Counted from the stretch's first letter, positions 43,606 through 53,846 are shown. The stretch: 64,000 nt of DNA from Phycisphaerales bacterium (GCA_020853975.1 JADYXW010000043.1:16045-80044); one strand, 5' to 3'. Translations and numbers: made by a program. Notes: generated from the sequence alone by a model not told the origin.

Positions 43606-45798
43606 GTGACACTCCTCAACCCCATCCTGTTCTGGGCCGCCTCGGCGTGCGTGAGCATCCCGGTGCTCGTCCACCTGCTCATGCGCCGGCGCCGGCGGCC
43701 CGTCCCGTGGGGCGCGATGCAGTTCCTTCTGCAGGCCTACCGCAAGCAGCGAAGACGGATGAAGCTCGAGCAGTTCCTGCTGCTCGCGGGGAGGTGCCTG
43801 CTTGTGCTTCTGCTGGCGGCGGCGCTGGGCAAGCCCGTGCTGGGGGCTGCGGGGCTGGCCGGAGGGCGCCCGGCGCGCACGGTTTACATCCTGATTGACA
43901 ACTCCATCTCCTCCGGTTCCGTGCTCGATGGCCAGACCGACCTCGAGCGGTCTGTTGTGCTCGCGCAGGCGACGCTCGACGGGCTGGACGGCGGGCGTGG
44001 CGACCGGGCTGCGGTCCTGGCACTGGGCGGTCCCGCGGATGTGGTGGTGTGGCCTCCGTCGCGAGACGCGAGCTCTGTGCGGGAGGCGCTGCGGGACCTG
44101 AGGCCGACCGACAGCCGCGCGGATCTTTCGGGGGCGCTGGATCGGGTGCGGGGCGATCTGCCCGGCGCGCAGGGCACGGGCGAGGTGGAGGTTGTGCTGC
44201 TCTCGGCGTGGCGCGAGGGGTCGGCGGACCTGAGCGCGGCGCTGCAGGCGCTGCCCGGGCGCGTTCGCGTGCGGGCCTCGCCCGCCGCGGTCGCGGAGCC
44301 GGACAACATCGCCGTGGCGGAGGTGAGGCCCCTGCGCAGCGTGGTGGTCGCCCCCAACTCCGGCGAGGCCCCGGTGCCCGTGAGGCTTGAGGTTACGCTC
44401 AAGCGGACAGGGGCCGGGGTTTCGGGGGGCGTGAGCGTGCCGCTGGTGGTGCGAGCGGGCGACGAGGGCGAGTCAACGACCACGGAAGCGGTGTTCGCTC
44501 CAGGGCAGGCAGCGTGGACGCGCGTGGTCGAGGTTGAGTTTTCCGCGTCGCGGGCCAGCCAGGGGGCGCTGCGGGCTATCGCGAGCGTGGCCCCGGACGG
44601 GCTGGCGGGCGATAACACCCGGCGCGTGCTGCTGGAGTCTCGCGAGAGGCTCCGCGTGGTGGTGCTCACCGCAGACCGGCTGGGCGTGGCGGGAACGATC
44701 GACCGCTACACCCCGGCGGACTGGCTGGCGCTCGCGGTCGGTCCGGACGCGGACGTGGGAGTTCGGCGACGGCAGGAGGGGGACCTGACGATCGAGACAC
44801 AGGACCCGGCACGCGCGGGCGGCGCGGGGGTGCTCGCGGGCGCCGATGCGCTGCTTGTCCCAAGGCCAGACCTGCTGGACGATGCCGGCTGGCGGGCAGT
44901 GGGTGAGTTGCTCAGTGCCGGGGCGCTGGCCGTGGTCTTTCCGCCGCCCGCGGCTCAGACGCACCTGTGGCCCGATGCCATGGCGAAGGGCCTTGGGGTG
45001 GATGTGGCGTTCGCGCGAGAGGAGGTGGTGCATGCGCCGGCGGCGGCGGTCTCGCCCGTGACCAGCAGCCGCGGACTACTCGCGCTGGTCGGGCCCGAGC
45101 TCCCCGAGTTGGCCAAGCCGGTGGCGGTGCTCAAGAGCCTGCCGCTGTTGCCGGGCGGGAGCTCCGAGCCCCTGCTGCAGTTTTCCGATGGCGCGGTCAT
45201 GCTCGCGTCACTGCCTGCGGGGGGTGGGTCGTCGCGCGGCTTGCTGGTGCTCTCAACCGTGGCGATGGATCTGTCGTGGACGGATCTGCCCACCAAGCCC
45301 CTGATGGTGCCCCTGTTACAAGAGGTCGTGAGGCAGGGCGTGGGGCGGGCAGCGGGGAACGGGGCGTGTGAGGCGGGGGCGGGGCCCGTGCTCGGGCCCG
45401 GCGTCGTGGAGCTTGTGCGGATAGGCGCGGGTGAGGGCCCGCAGCGGTCTGCGGTGACCCAGGGAAGGTTGGAGGACCCGATCCGTCACGCGGGGTTCTA
45501 CGGGGCGAGGGGCGCCACGGGGGTCTCGACGGGCGAGATCGCCTTTGACCCGGACCTGGTCGGGGCGAGGCTGGCGCCGGCGGAACAGGGGCAGCTCTCG
45601 CGCTGGCTGGCGGGGCTGGGCGCGGAGCCGCAGTGGCTCGGGGACGACACGAGGGCGCCGGGCGGAACCGGGCCCGCGCAGCCGCCGCCCATCAGCCTCC
45701 CGCTGCTCGCGGCGGCGCTGGTCCTGGCGGCGGTGGAGGCGGCGGTCGCCCGTTTCGCCAGCCACGCCGGCCTGGGCAGAGAGGAGCCGGCCCCGTGA
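43606..45798 (+). CDS. BatA-domain / vWA membrane protein
   Basis: BatA N-terminus IPVLVHLL.RRR...W.AMQFL....LLL.GRCL; MIDAS IDNSIS; C-terminal TM. Confidence 0.85.
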   Translation: MTLLNPILFWAASACVSIPVLVHLLMRRRRRPVPWGAMQFLLQAYRKQRRRMKLEQFLLLAGRCLLVLLLAAALGKPVLGAAGLAGGRPARTVYILIDNSISSGSVLDGQTDLERSVVLAQATLDGLDGGRGDRAAVLALGGPADVVVWPPSRDASSVREALRDLRPTDSRADLSGALDRVRGDLPGAQGTGEVEVVLLSAWREGSADLSAALQALPGRVRVRASPAAVAEPDNIAVAEVRPLRSVVVAPNSGEAPVPVRLEVTLKRTGAGVSGGVSVPLVVRAGDEGESTTTEAVFAPGQAAWTRVVEVEFSASRASQGALRAIASVAPDGLAGDNTRRVLLESRERLRVVVLTADRLGVAGTIDRYTPADWLALAVGPDADVGVRRRQEGDLTIETQDPARAGGAGVLAGADALLVPRPDLLDDAGWRAVGELLSAGALAVVFPPPAAQTHLWPDAMAKGLGVDVAFAREEVVHAPAAAVSPVTSSRGLLALVGPELPELAKPVAVLKSLPLLPGGSSEPLLQFSDGAVMLASLPAGGGSSRGLLVLSTVAMDLSWTDLPTKPLMVPLLQEVVRQGVGRAAGNGACEAGAGPVLGPGVVELVRIGAGEGPQRSAVTQGRLEDPIRHAGFYGARGATGVSTGEIAFDPDLVGARLAPAEQGQLSRWLAGLGAEPQWLGDDTRAPGGTGPAQPPPISLPLLAAALVLAAVEAAVARFASHAGLGREEPAP

Positions 45799-48137
45799 GC
45801 GCGTGGCTCGACCGGATGTTGTCGCTGAAGAACCTCTCCGCCGGGTCGGCGGGGGTGGAGTTTGAGCTTGCGCGCCCGATCCCGGGGTGGGCGTGGCTGA
45901 TGATCGGGGCCTGCTGCGTCGCGTGGGCGTCGGCGACCTACATCCGCCTGCTGGGCCACAAGGGTGCGCGGACGGGGCTCGCAACGCTGCGGACGCTCCT
46001 GCTGCTGCTGATCGCCCTGCTGCTCGCGGGCCCCCAGCTCGTGAGGCAGAACGAGCGCGTCGAGCCGGATTGGGTCGTAGTGCTGCTGGATAGATCGGCG
46101 TCGATGGGTGTCGCGGACGTGGAAGGTCCGGACGGTTCGCGCGAGAGACGTGAGACGCAGCTCCGCCGGGCACTCGCCTCGGCGATGAAGCCCCTGGCGG
46201 ACCTCGCGCACGCGAGGCGGGTGCTCGTGCTGGGGTTCGACGCGGGCGTGCAGGAACTGGCGATGGGCGACGACGGATCGATCAGTCTCGCCGAGCCGGC
46301 GGGCGCTCGGACGTCGCTGGGCCCGGCCCTGGAGCAGGCGCTCCGCCGCGTCGCGGGCCGACCCCTGGCGGGAGTGGTGGTGCTCTCCGACGGGCGTTCG
46401 GTGGAGCAGCCGACGCGGGCGCAGCTCCGCCCGCTGCAATCCAGGCAGGTGCCGGTGATCGCGGTGCCGGTGGGGTCTGCGAGCGCACCGACGGACTTCT
46501 CGATCGCGCGCGTCGAGGCCCCGGGGCTTGCGTACGTGCGGGACCTCGTGCCCGTCTCGGTGACGGTCGATCGGCGGGGCGGATCGGCCATGCCCGCGCG
46601 CGTGAGGCTGCTCGATCGGCTCACGGGCGAAGTGCTCGACGAGCAGAGGCTGCCCCCGGACGCCACGGACCAGCACACCCTCACCCTCACCGCCAAGAAG
46701 GACGACCCGGGCGATGGCGACTGGCGGGTGGAGGTGCTCCCAGACCTTCCCGACCTCTCGGGGGAGAACAACACGGGCGATGTGCGCGTGGAGATCGTGG
46801 ATCGTCCGATCCGCGTGGTCTACATCGATGGGTACCCCAGGTGGGAGTACCGGCATCTCAAGGACATCCTCGTGCGCGAGCCATCCATCCGCTCCGCGAC
46901 GATGATGCTCGCGGCGGACAGACGGTATCTGCAGGAGGGCACCGAGCCGCTGGGCGCCATCCCGCGTTCGCGCGAAGATTGGAACGCCATCGACGTCATC
47001 GTCATGGGCGATGTCAGGCCCTCGCTCTTCAGCGAGCAGCAGCTTGATGACCTGCGCAGCATGATCGCGGATCGGGGGGGCGGGCTGATCTGGATCGGCG
47101 GACCGGGGTACACGCCCGGGGCGTGGCGCGGCACCCCGGCGTCGGATCTCCTGCCCTTCTCGCTCGCGGCCGACGGCGGCTCCCTCGCGGCGGGCGGGCC
47201 CAGGCCCTGGGCGGGGCCGGTGGTCATGAAGGCGGCGCCGGCGGCGGGCCGCTACGCGCTCCTCCAGCTGGGCGAGAGTTCGGCGGACCCATGGCCCGGA
47301 GAGCTCTCAGACCCTTCGCTCGGGTGGACGACGCTGCGATGGGCGCAGCGCATCGAGCCCTCAACGCTCAAGCCCACGACCGAGGTGCTGGCGACAGCGC
47401 ACAGCGCGGGCGGGGGCAACGAGTCGGCCCCGCTGGTGATGACGATGAGGTACGGCGCCGGGCGCGTGGCGTATGTTGCGACCGATGAGACCTGGCGGTA
47501 TCGCTATGGCCGGGGCCAGGCGATGATGGAGCGGATGTGGATCCCGCTCGTGAGGCTGATGGCGCGGGAGAGCCTGGGAAGGAGCGGGAAAGCCGCGGTG
47601 CTCTCGGCCTCTCCGGACCAGGCGGTCAGCGGGCAGCAGGTGCAGATCACGCTGCGGCTGGTGGACCAGGCGCTGATCGAGAAGCGTCCGGAGCAGGTGC
47701 GGGTGCGAGTCAGCCGCACGGGGAGCGCGGGGAGGCCCACCGAGGTCACGCTGCGGCCTTCGGGGCAGGGCGAGTCGGCGCCGGCGGTGTTTCAGGGCGC
47801 GTGGTCGGCGTCGGACCCGGGGATGTACGAGATCGACCCGGACGGCGCGCTGCTCGCGGGGATCAAGGCCACGGTGCGGGTCTCGCTGCCCGAGGACGAG
47901 CTGCGCGTGCCGCAGTCTGATCACCCGGCACTCGCGGCGCTGGCGGACGCGACGGGTGGGATCGTGCTGCCCCCGGATCGATTGGGGGAGCTCGCGTCGC
48001 ACCTGCCCAACCGCGAGCTGAGGCTGCTGGGCCAGCCGGACGTGGAAACGCTCTGGGACAAGCCCATCGCCTGGGTGCTGCTGATCTCGCTGCTCGCGAT
48101 GGAGTGGGTCGGGCGCCGGCTGATCAAGCTGGCGTAG
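45795..48137 (+). CDS. vWA + glutamine-amidotransferase-like domain membrane protein
   Basis: LLDRSASMG; LSDG; NN..D; IDGYPRWEYR; GGGLIWIGG; YGAGRV...TDETWR; C-terminal TM; GTGA overlap. Confidence 0.82.
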   Translation: MSAWLDRMLSLKNLSAGSAGVEFELARPIPGWAWLMIGACCVAWASATYIRLLGHKGARTGLATLRTLLLLLIALLLAGPQLVRQNERVEPDWVVVLLDRSASMGVADVEGPDGSRERRETQLRRALASAMKPLADLAHARRVLVLGFDAGVQELAMGDDGSISLAEPAGARTSLGPALEQALRRVAGRPLAGVVVLSDGRSVEQPTRAQLRPLQSRQVPVIAVPVGSASAPTDFSIARVEAPGLAYVRDLVPVSVTVDRRGGSAMPARVRLLDRLTGEVLDEQRLPPDATDQHTLTLTAKKDDPGDGDWRVEVLPDLPDLSGENNTGDVRVEIVDRPIRVVYIDGYPRWEYRHLKDILVREPSIRSATMMLAADRRYLQEGTEPLGAIPRSREDWNAIDVIVMGDVRPSLFSEQQLDDLRSMIADRGGGLIWIGGPGYTPGAWRGTPASDLLPFSLAADGGSLAAGGPRPWAGPVVMKAAPAAGRYALLQLGESSADPWPGELSDPSLGWTTLRWAQRIEPSTLKPTTEVLATAHSAGGGNESAPLVMTMRYGAGRVAYVATDETWRYRYGRGQAMMERMWIPLVRLMARESLGRSGKAAVLSASPDQAVSGQQVQITLRLVDQALIEKRPEQVRVRVSRTGSAGRPTEVTLRPSGQGESAPAVFQGAWSASDPGMYEIDPDGALLAGIKATVRVSLPEDELRVPQSDHPALAALADATGGIVLPPDRLGELASHLPNRELRLLGQPDVETLWDKPIAWVLLISLLAMEWVGRRLIKLA

Positions 48138-48174
48138 GCCCTACGGGCAGCCGCCGCCCGGGGCGCAAGGCTCT

Positions 48175-49335
48175 CTAGCGGACCTTGAGCGAGGCCAGGC
48201 CCACGACGACGAGGATGACCGAGATGATCCAGAGCCTGGCGACGATCTGCTGCTCTGGCCAACCTCCGAGGTGGAGGTGGTGGTGGAAGGGGGCGCAGCG
48301 GAGCAGGCGTTTGCCGCCCGTGGCCTTGAAGAAGCCGACCTGAGCGATGACAGAGGCGATCTCGAGGGCGAAGACGCCGCCCATGAGGAGCACGACGAAC
48401 TCCTGGCGGACGATGATCGCCAGGTAGCCGATGATGCCGCCCAGCGAGAGCGCGCCGGTGTCCCCCATGAAGACGCGGGCGGGGGAGGCGTTCCACCAGA
48501 GGAAGCCCAGGCACGCGCCGGCGGTGGCCCCGGCGAGCACGGCGAGCTCGCCCGCGCCGGGGATGTGCGGCACGAGCAGGTACTGCGCAAAGCCCTGATC
48601 GCCCGCAACCAGGCACATGACGAACAGGCCCACGCAGACAATGCCGCTGATCCCGCCAGCCAGCCCGTCCATGCCGTCGGTGATGTTCACGGCGTTGGAC
48701 ATCCCGCAGATCATGAGCGTGGCAAAGACCATGAACATGGGAAGGTTGAGGTAGAAGAGGGCGGGGTTGAGCTGGCCCGGCGCGGTCCAGGTTTTTTGGA
48801 AGGGGAGATTGAGAACGTGCTGGAGCTGGCTGTCTCCCGAGTGCTTGAACGCGAAGTAGCCGACGATGAGGCCGATGCCGATCTGGAAGATGAACTTTTC
48901 CCATGCGTACAGGCCCTGGCGAGAGCCCGTGCCCCGGCGCTGGGCGGTCAGCTTCAGCCAGTCGTCAAAGCCGCCCAGGACAGCGTGCCAGAGCACGACC
49001 ACCAGGCCGAGGTAGACGTAGAACTGGCGGACATCGGCCAGGAGGAGCACGCTCACGAGGATGGCGCCGACGATGAGCACGCCCCCCATGGTGGGGACGT
49101 TTGCCTTGGCGCCGGCGTGGGCGCGAAGGGCCTCGGCGTCGGTGGCGCCGCTGTCGCCGATCTTCTGCCGGAGCAGCCAGCGGATGGTCGCCCTGCCGAA
49201 GCCCATGACCAGGGCGAACGAGCAGAACGCGGCGGCGAGTGCGCGGAACTGGATCTGGTCGAAGACAGAGACGAAGCGGTAGAGGTCGTGCTCGTTGAGC
49301 CAGTCCTTGAGGATGTCGAGCAGCGCGTAGAGCAT
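48175..49335 (-). CDS. mraY: Phospho-N-acetylmuramoyl-pentapeptide transferase
   Basis: PTMGG, GGFDDWLK, SNAVNITDGMDGL, FLWWN..PA.VFMGDTG, APFHHH. Confidence 0.95.
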   Translation of the reverse strand: MLYALLDILKDWLNEHDLYRFVSVFDQIQFRALAAAFCSFALVMGFGRATIRWLLRQKIGDSGATDAEALRAHAGAKANVPTMGGVLIVGAILVSVLLLADVRQFYVYLGLVVVLWHAVLGGFDDWLKLTAQRRGTGSRQGLYAWEKFIFQIGIGLIVGYFAFKHSGDSQLQHVLNLPFQKTWTAPGQLNPALFYLNLPMFMVFATLMICGMSNAVNITDGMDGLAGGISGIVCVGLFVMCLVAGDQGFAQYLLVPHIPGAGELAVLAGATAGACLGFLWWNASPARVFMGDTGALSLGGIIGYLAIIVRQEFVVLLMGGVFALEIASVIAQVGFFKATGGKRLLRCAPFHHHLHLGGWPEQQIVARLWIISVILVVVGLASLKVR

Positions 49336-49338
49336 GCG

Positions 49339-50799
49339 TCAGGTGTGGTGAAGGGCCGGAGGTCGCGGTTCGGACGTGAGGCCCGCGGCGCGATGGGCCG
49401 CGAGCACGTTCTCCAGCGCCATGCCCCTGGAGCCCTTGAGGAGCACGGCGTCGCCCGGGCGGAGCATCGACGCAAGACCAGCCGCGTCCTCCCCGCGGGC
49501 GGAGGCGATGGTGACGATCGCCAGCCCGGGCAGGACGGCCCGGGCGGCCTCTGCGGCGTGGTGCATGAAAGGGCCCACCAAGATCGCAAGATCGGGCGAA
49601 GTCCGGGCGAGGGCGGCGCCGATCTCCGCGTGCACGCGCGGGGCCGCGTCACCCTGCTCCAGCATGTCGCCCAGCACGACCACGCGGCGGCGGAACCGGG
49701 CATCGGCGCTGACTTCCGCAAAGGTCGTGAGCGAGGCCAGCACGGACTCCGGATTGGCGTTGTAGGCGTCGTTGAGGAACCAGACGCCCGAGGACTCCGC
49801 GGGCTCGAGCCGCATGGGCGCGCCCGCCGCGGCGCCGAGCCCGGTGGCGATGTCCTCGTGCGAAAGGCCGAGCCTGCGGGCGACGGCGACGACCGCCGCA
49901 GCGTTCAGGGCGTTGTGCCTGCCAAGCAGACCGACGCGGAACTGCTCACGCTGGTTCAGCGTGAATGTGGTCCCCGCGGCCCCGGCGGAGACGGCGCTCA
50001 CGCGCAGGTCCGCCTCGGCGCCGCCGCCAAAGGTCAGGCCGGACGCCCGTTGTGCCGCGAGCAGGGGGCGGAGGGCGTCGCGCAGTTCGGGAGAGTCGGA
50101 GGTGTAGACCAGCACGCCCCCCTCGCGCAGCCCCGCCGCGAGCGACGCCTCCTCTCGCACGACGCCTTCGAGGGAGCCGAAGCCCTCCAGGTGCTCGCGT
50201 CCGATGCTTGTGATGACGCCGATGTCGGGGGCGAGGGTCTCCGTGAGCGGGCGGAGCTCTCCCGGCGCGTTGGTTCCCACCTCGCAGATGAGGAACTGGT
50301 CGGTGCGCCTCGAAGCGAGCACTGTGAGAGGCACCCCGATGTCGTTGTTGAAGCTCTTGGGGGAGGCAAAGCCCCGCAGGCAGCGGCCGAGCACCTGCTC
50401 CAGCAGGCGGACGGTGGTGGTCTTGCCGTTGCTGCCACCCACCGCGATGACGCGGGTCGCCTCGAACGTGCGCCGGTACGCGGCGGCGAGGCGCAGCAGG
50501 GCCGCGCGTGCGTCCGGCACGCGGAGCACGCCCCGGGCCGGGGCCGAGGGATCCGTGGCAGAACCGAAGTCGGGCCGGTCGACGACGACCAGGCCGGCGC
50601 CGCGGAGGAGCGCATCGCGGACGAACGCGTGCCCGTCGGCCTTGTCCGTCCGGAGCGCGAAGAAGACCTGGCCCTTCGAGAGCGTGCGGCTGTCGGCGGA
50701 AGCTCCGAACAAGTCCACCCCGGGAGAGGAGGCATCCGGCCTCTGGAGCCACGCGCCGCCGATCGCGGAGCGCACGTTTTCGGGCGTCCAGAAGGTCAT
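49339..50799 (-). CDS. murF: UDP-MurNAc-tripeptide:D-Ala-D-Ala ligase
   Basis: DSR, DGHAF, GSNGKTT, SFNNDIGVP, EVGTN, EHLEGFG, NDAYNANPES, LGDMLE, LKGSRG; ATGA overlap with murE. Confidence 0.93.
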   Translation of the reverse strand: MTFWTPENVRSAIGGAWLQRPDASSPGVDLFGASADSRTLSKGQVFFALRTDKADGHAFVRDALLRGAGLVVVDRPDFGSATDPSAPARGVLRVPDARAALLRLAAAYRRTFEATRVIAVGGSNGKTTTVRLLEQVLGRCLRGFASPKSFNNDIGVPLTVLASRRTDQFLICEVGTNAPGELRPLTETLAPDIGVITSIGREHLEGFGSLEGVVREEASLAAGLREGGVLVYTSDSPELRDALRPLLAAQRASGLTFGGGAEADLRVSAVSAGAAGTTFTLNQREQFRVGLLGRHNALNAAAVVAVARRLGLSHEDIATGLGAAAGAPMRLEPAESSGVWFLNDAYNANPESVLASLTTFAEVSADARFRRRVVVLGDMLEQGDAAPRVHAEIGAALARTSPDLAILVGPFMHHAAEAARAVLPGLAIVTIASARGEDAAGLASMLRPGDAVLLKGSRGMALENVLAAHRAAGLTSEPRPPALHHT

Positions 50800-52376
50800 C
50801 CGTGGGCCGCCCCGGCGACGAGCCGCCTCTGGTCCAGCCAGCGACCGGCGACTTCGCGGTCGTCGAAGTGCGTGCGAACGATCCCCCCCGCTCCGTCGGA
50901 CAGAATCTGCTCGGTCTCGTGGCCCTTGCCCGCGATCACCACAACGTCGCCCGGGCTCGCGGCCTCGATGGCGTGGCGGATGGCCCGCTCGCGGTCGACC
51001 TGAACAGTGAGCCGGCCCCGGGACTCGCCGGGGATGCCCGCGAGCACCTCCGCGATGATGTCGCCCGGGCGCTCGGTGCGGGGATTGTCGCTGGTGAGAA
51101 CGAGTTCGTCGGCGCACTCGGCGGCCGCCAGGCCCATGCGGGGCCGCTTGGTCCGGTCGCGGTCCCCGCCGCAGCCGAACACGGCCCACAGGCGGCTGCC
51201 CTGCGTTGCCTCTCCCGCAGCCCCCGCGGCGGTGGCAAGCCGCTCGCCTTTGTGCCCCCGCCCGGGCATGGCGGCCCCCACGGTGCGGAGAACATTGCGC
51301 AGCGAGTCGTCGCTGTGGGCGTAGTCCACGAAGACGAAGATGCGGTCCGCGGGGGTCGAGACCCGTTCGAGCCTGCCGGGGGGCGCTGTCACCCCCCGCA
51401 AGGCTACCTCCAGGTCCCCCGCGGTGAGCCCGAGCGCATGGCACGCGGCAGTGGCCTGCAGGACATTCATGGCGTTGTAGTTGCCGATGAGCGCCACACG
51501 CGTCGTGAACTCCCCCCACGGGCCGCGAAGCAGGAGCGTCATGCCGTCCATGTCGCTGCCGGTGATCTCGGCGGTGCAGTCGGCGGCGGTGTCGCGCCCC
51601 GCGATGGCGCAGGTCCAGATCGGCGCCCGGCACGTCGCGGTCACGCGGGGCGTCCAGGGGTCGGTCAGGGGCACGATCGCCCGGCCGCCCTGGTCCAGCA
51701 GGCCAAAGAGCCGGGCCTTGGCGTCCGCGTAGGCCTCCATGGTCTTGTGATAGTCGAGGTGGTCGCCCGTGAGATTCGTGAAAACCCCCACGCGGAAGCG
51801 GAGGGCATCTGCCCGCTTCTGGTCCAGCGCGTGGCTGGAAACCTCCATCGCCAGCGCCCCGCACCCGCCCTCGACCATCGAGGCGCACAGGCGGCTGAGT
51901 TCGACGGCGGGGGGCGTGGTCATGCTGGCCGGGCCCACCTCGCGCCCGTCGTCGACCAGCACCGTGCCGATCAGGCCGCAGCGCCGCGCTCGGGCGTTGA
52001 GCATCTGCCAGACCAGGAAAGAGATGGTGGTCTTGCCGTTGGTCCCTGTGACGCCCACGAGGCGCAGCGCGCTGGTCGGGCAGCCGTAGAACCGCTCGGC
52101 GAGTGCCCCGCTCACTCCCATGATGTCCGAGGCGTGGAGGACTGGCACGCGGTCGCAGGCCAGGTCCGGGTCGTCGGTGACGATGGCGGCTGCCCCCGCG
52201 GCGCAGGCGTCGCCCACGAACTTGCGCCCGTCGGCCACGCGCCCCGACCGGGCGACGAACAGCGAGCCGGGCAGAACCGTCCTGCTGTCCTCGGTGAGGT
52301 CGCAGATCCGCACGCTGAGGTCGCTCCCTTGCGGTGCGCGGAGCGTGAGGCCGGAAATCAGGTCGCGCAGCAGCAT
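50796..52376 (-). CDS. murE: UDP-MurNAc-dipeptide:meso-DAP ligase
   Basis: GVTGTNGKTT, MTTP, MEVSSHALDQ, FTNLTGDHLDYH, VDYAHS, FGCGGDRD, SDNPR, AGKGHE; GGAGG RBS. Confidence 0.95.
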   Translation of the reverse strand: MLLRDLISGLTLRAPQGSDLSVRICDLTEDSRTVLPGSLFVARSGRVADGRKFVGDACAAGAAAIVTDDPDLACDRVPVLHASDIMGVSGALAERFYGCPTSALRLVGVTGTNGKTTISFLVWQMLNARARRCGLIGTVLVDDGREVGPASMTTPPAVELSRLCASMVEGGCGALAMEVSSHALDQKRADALRFRVGVFTNLTGDHLDYHKTMEAYADAKARLFGLLDQGGRAIVPLTDPWTPRVTATCRAPIWTCAIAGRDTAADCTAEITGSDMDGMTLLLRGPWGEFTTRVALIGNYNAMNVLQATAACHALGLTAGDLEVALRGVTAPPGRLERVSTPADRIFVFVDYAHSDDSLRNVLRTVGAAMPGRGHKGERLATAAGAAGEATQGSRLWAVFGCGGDRDRTKRPRMGLAAAECADELVLTSDNPRTERPGDIIAEVLAGIPGESRGRLTVQVDRERAIRHAIEAASPGDVVVIAGKGHETEQILSDGAGGIVRTHFDDREVAGRWLDQRRLVAGAAHG

Positions 52377-52559
52377 CCATCCTCCGGGAGCGACAAGGGT
52401 ATCGGCCACAACGCACGGGGCTCGCGCGAATTTGACATGGCCCGGGAGGGCTCGGTCGGGCTGTCCGGGGCGCGCTAGACCTAACCTTGGGCCCGCGCCT
52501 CGGCGCGCCGCCCAGAGGGGGCGGCGCCGAGCCCGGGGCGCCCGGAGGAATGCCCATCC

Positions 52560-53846
52560 ATGGCCGACGGCTACAAGAAGTACCAGCGGTTCTTCGAGAG
52601 ACCCCCCGCGATTGTCGTGGAGTGGCACGACGACAGGACCGATGCGCAGGGCTGGCTCTGCATCGACTCCCTGACGGGCGGCGCCGCCGGGGGTGGAACG
52701 AGGATGAGGGACAGGGGCTCACGCGAAGAGGCCGTGTTCCTCGCCAAGACCATGGGCGTCAAGTTCCGCGTCTGCGGCCCGGCCATCGGGGGCGGCAAGT
52801 CCGTCATCCGCTTTGACCATCTCAAGCACGCCCGCGACAAGCGCGGGGTCCTGGAGCGCTGGTACAAGCACGTCGCGCCGTACCTCCGGCACTGCTACGG
52901 GACGGGCGGGGATGTCAACGTCGACGAGGTCAGCGAGGCGACAAAGATCATCAGCGAGGTCGCGGGGCTCGATCATCCCCAGCACGGCATCTGCGCGGGG
53001 CACACGGCGCCCGCCGATGGCGAGGACATCGCCGCCAAGGTGGGGAGGCTCCGCCACGGGTGCGAGGCCCGGGTGGTGCTCGAGGGCCTGCCGGGGCCCC
53101 GGGACGGGGCGTGGATGGTCGCGGACGTCGTGACGGGCCTTGGTGTCGCCCGCGCGGTCCAGCGGTACTACACGGCGCGGGGCATGGAGTTGAAGGGCCA
53201 GCGGGCCGTGATCGAGGGATTCGGCGCCGTGGGCGCGTTCGCGGCGTACTACCTCGAGAACATGGGCGTGAAGCTGGTCGCGACCAGCAGCAAGGACGCC
53301 AAGGGCTTCCGTGTTGCGATCAACACAGACGGGTTCGACGCGCGGGCGCTGATCGCCGGGCGACAGGGAACGGGGCTCGGGGCCGCGGGCCGGGGGAAGA
53401 AGGCCCAGGTGCTGGGCAGCGAGACCGCGGATGAGATCTTCGAGGTCGGGGCGGACATCTTCATCCCTGCGGCGGCGTCGCACACCCTGAATGCCCGACG
53501 CATCAAGCAGCTCCGCAAGGCCGGCGTACAGGTGTGGTCGTGCGGGGCGAACAACCCGTTCGCGTTCAAGACCAAGCGGCACGACGTGGCGGCCTGGGTG
53601 AGTGAGATGGCAGACCTGCAGCGCAAGGCGGACAAGCACTTCGCGATCATCCCGGACTTTGTCGCCAACTGCGGCATGGCCCGCACGTTCGCGTACCTCA
53701 TGGGCGCCGGGGCCACGGTGGACGCGGCGAAGATCCTCGCGGACACGGAGCAGGCGATCGATCAGGCGGTGGACCGCCTGCTGGATGGGTACAAGAAGCC
53801 CACCGGCCTTCTCGGCCGCGGGTACGAAGTGTTCGTGCCGGAGTGA
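52560..53846 (+). CDS. Glu/Leu/Phe/Val dehydrogenase family protein
   Basis: GGGTRM, AKTMGVKF, IGGGKS, GFGAVG (Rossmann), CGANNPF, IPDFVANCG. Confidence 0.88.
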   Translation: MADGYKKYQRFFERPPAIVVEWHDDRTDAQGWLCIDSLTGGAAGGGTRMRDRGSREEAVFLAKTMGVKFRVCGPAIGGGKSVIRFDHLKHARDKRGVLERWYKHVAPYLRHCYGTGGDVNVDEVSEATKIISEVAGLDHPQHGICAGHTAPADGEDIAAKVGRLRHGCEARVVLEGLPGPRDGAWMVADVVTGLGVARAVQRYYTARGMELKGQRAVIEGFGAVGAFAAYYLENMGVKLVATSSKDAKGFRVAINTDGFDARALIAGRQGTGLGAAGRGKKAQVLGSETADEIFEVGADIFIPAAASHTLNARRIKQLRKAGVQVWSCGANNPFAFKTKRHDVAAWVSEMADLQRKADKHFAIIPDFVANCGMARTFAYLMGAGATVDAAKILADTEQAIDQAVDRLLDGYKKPTGLLGRGYEVFVPE

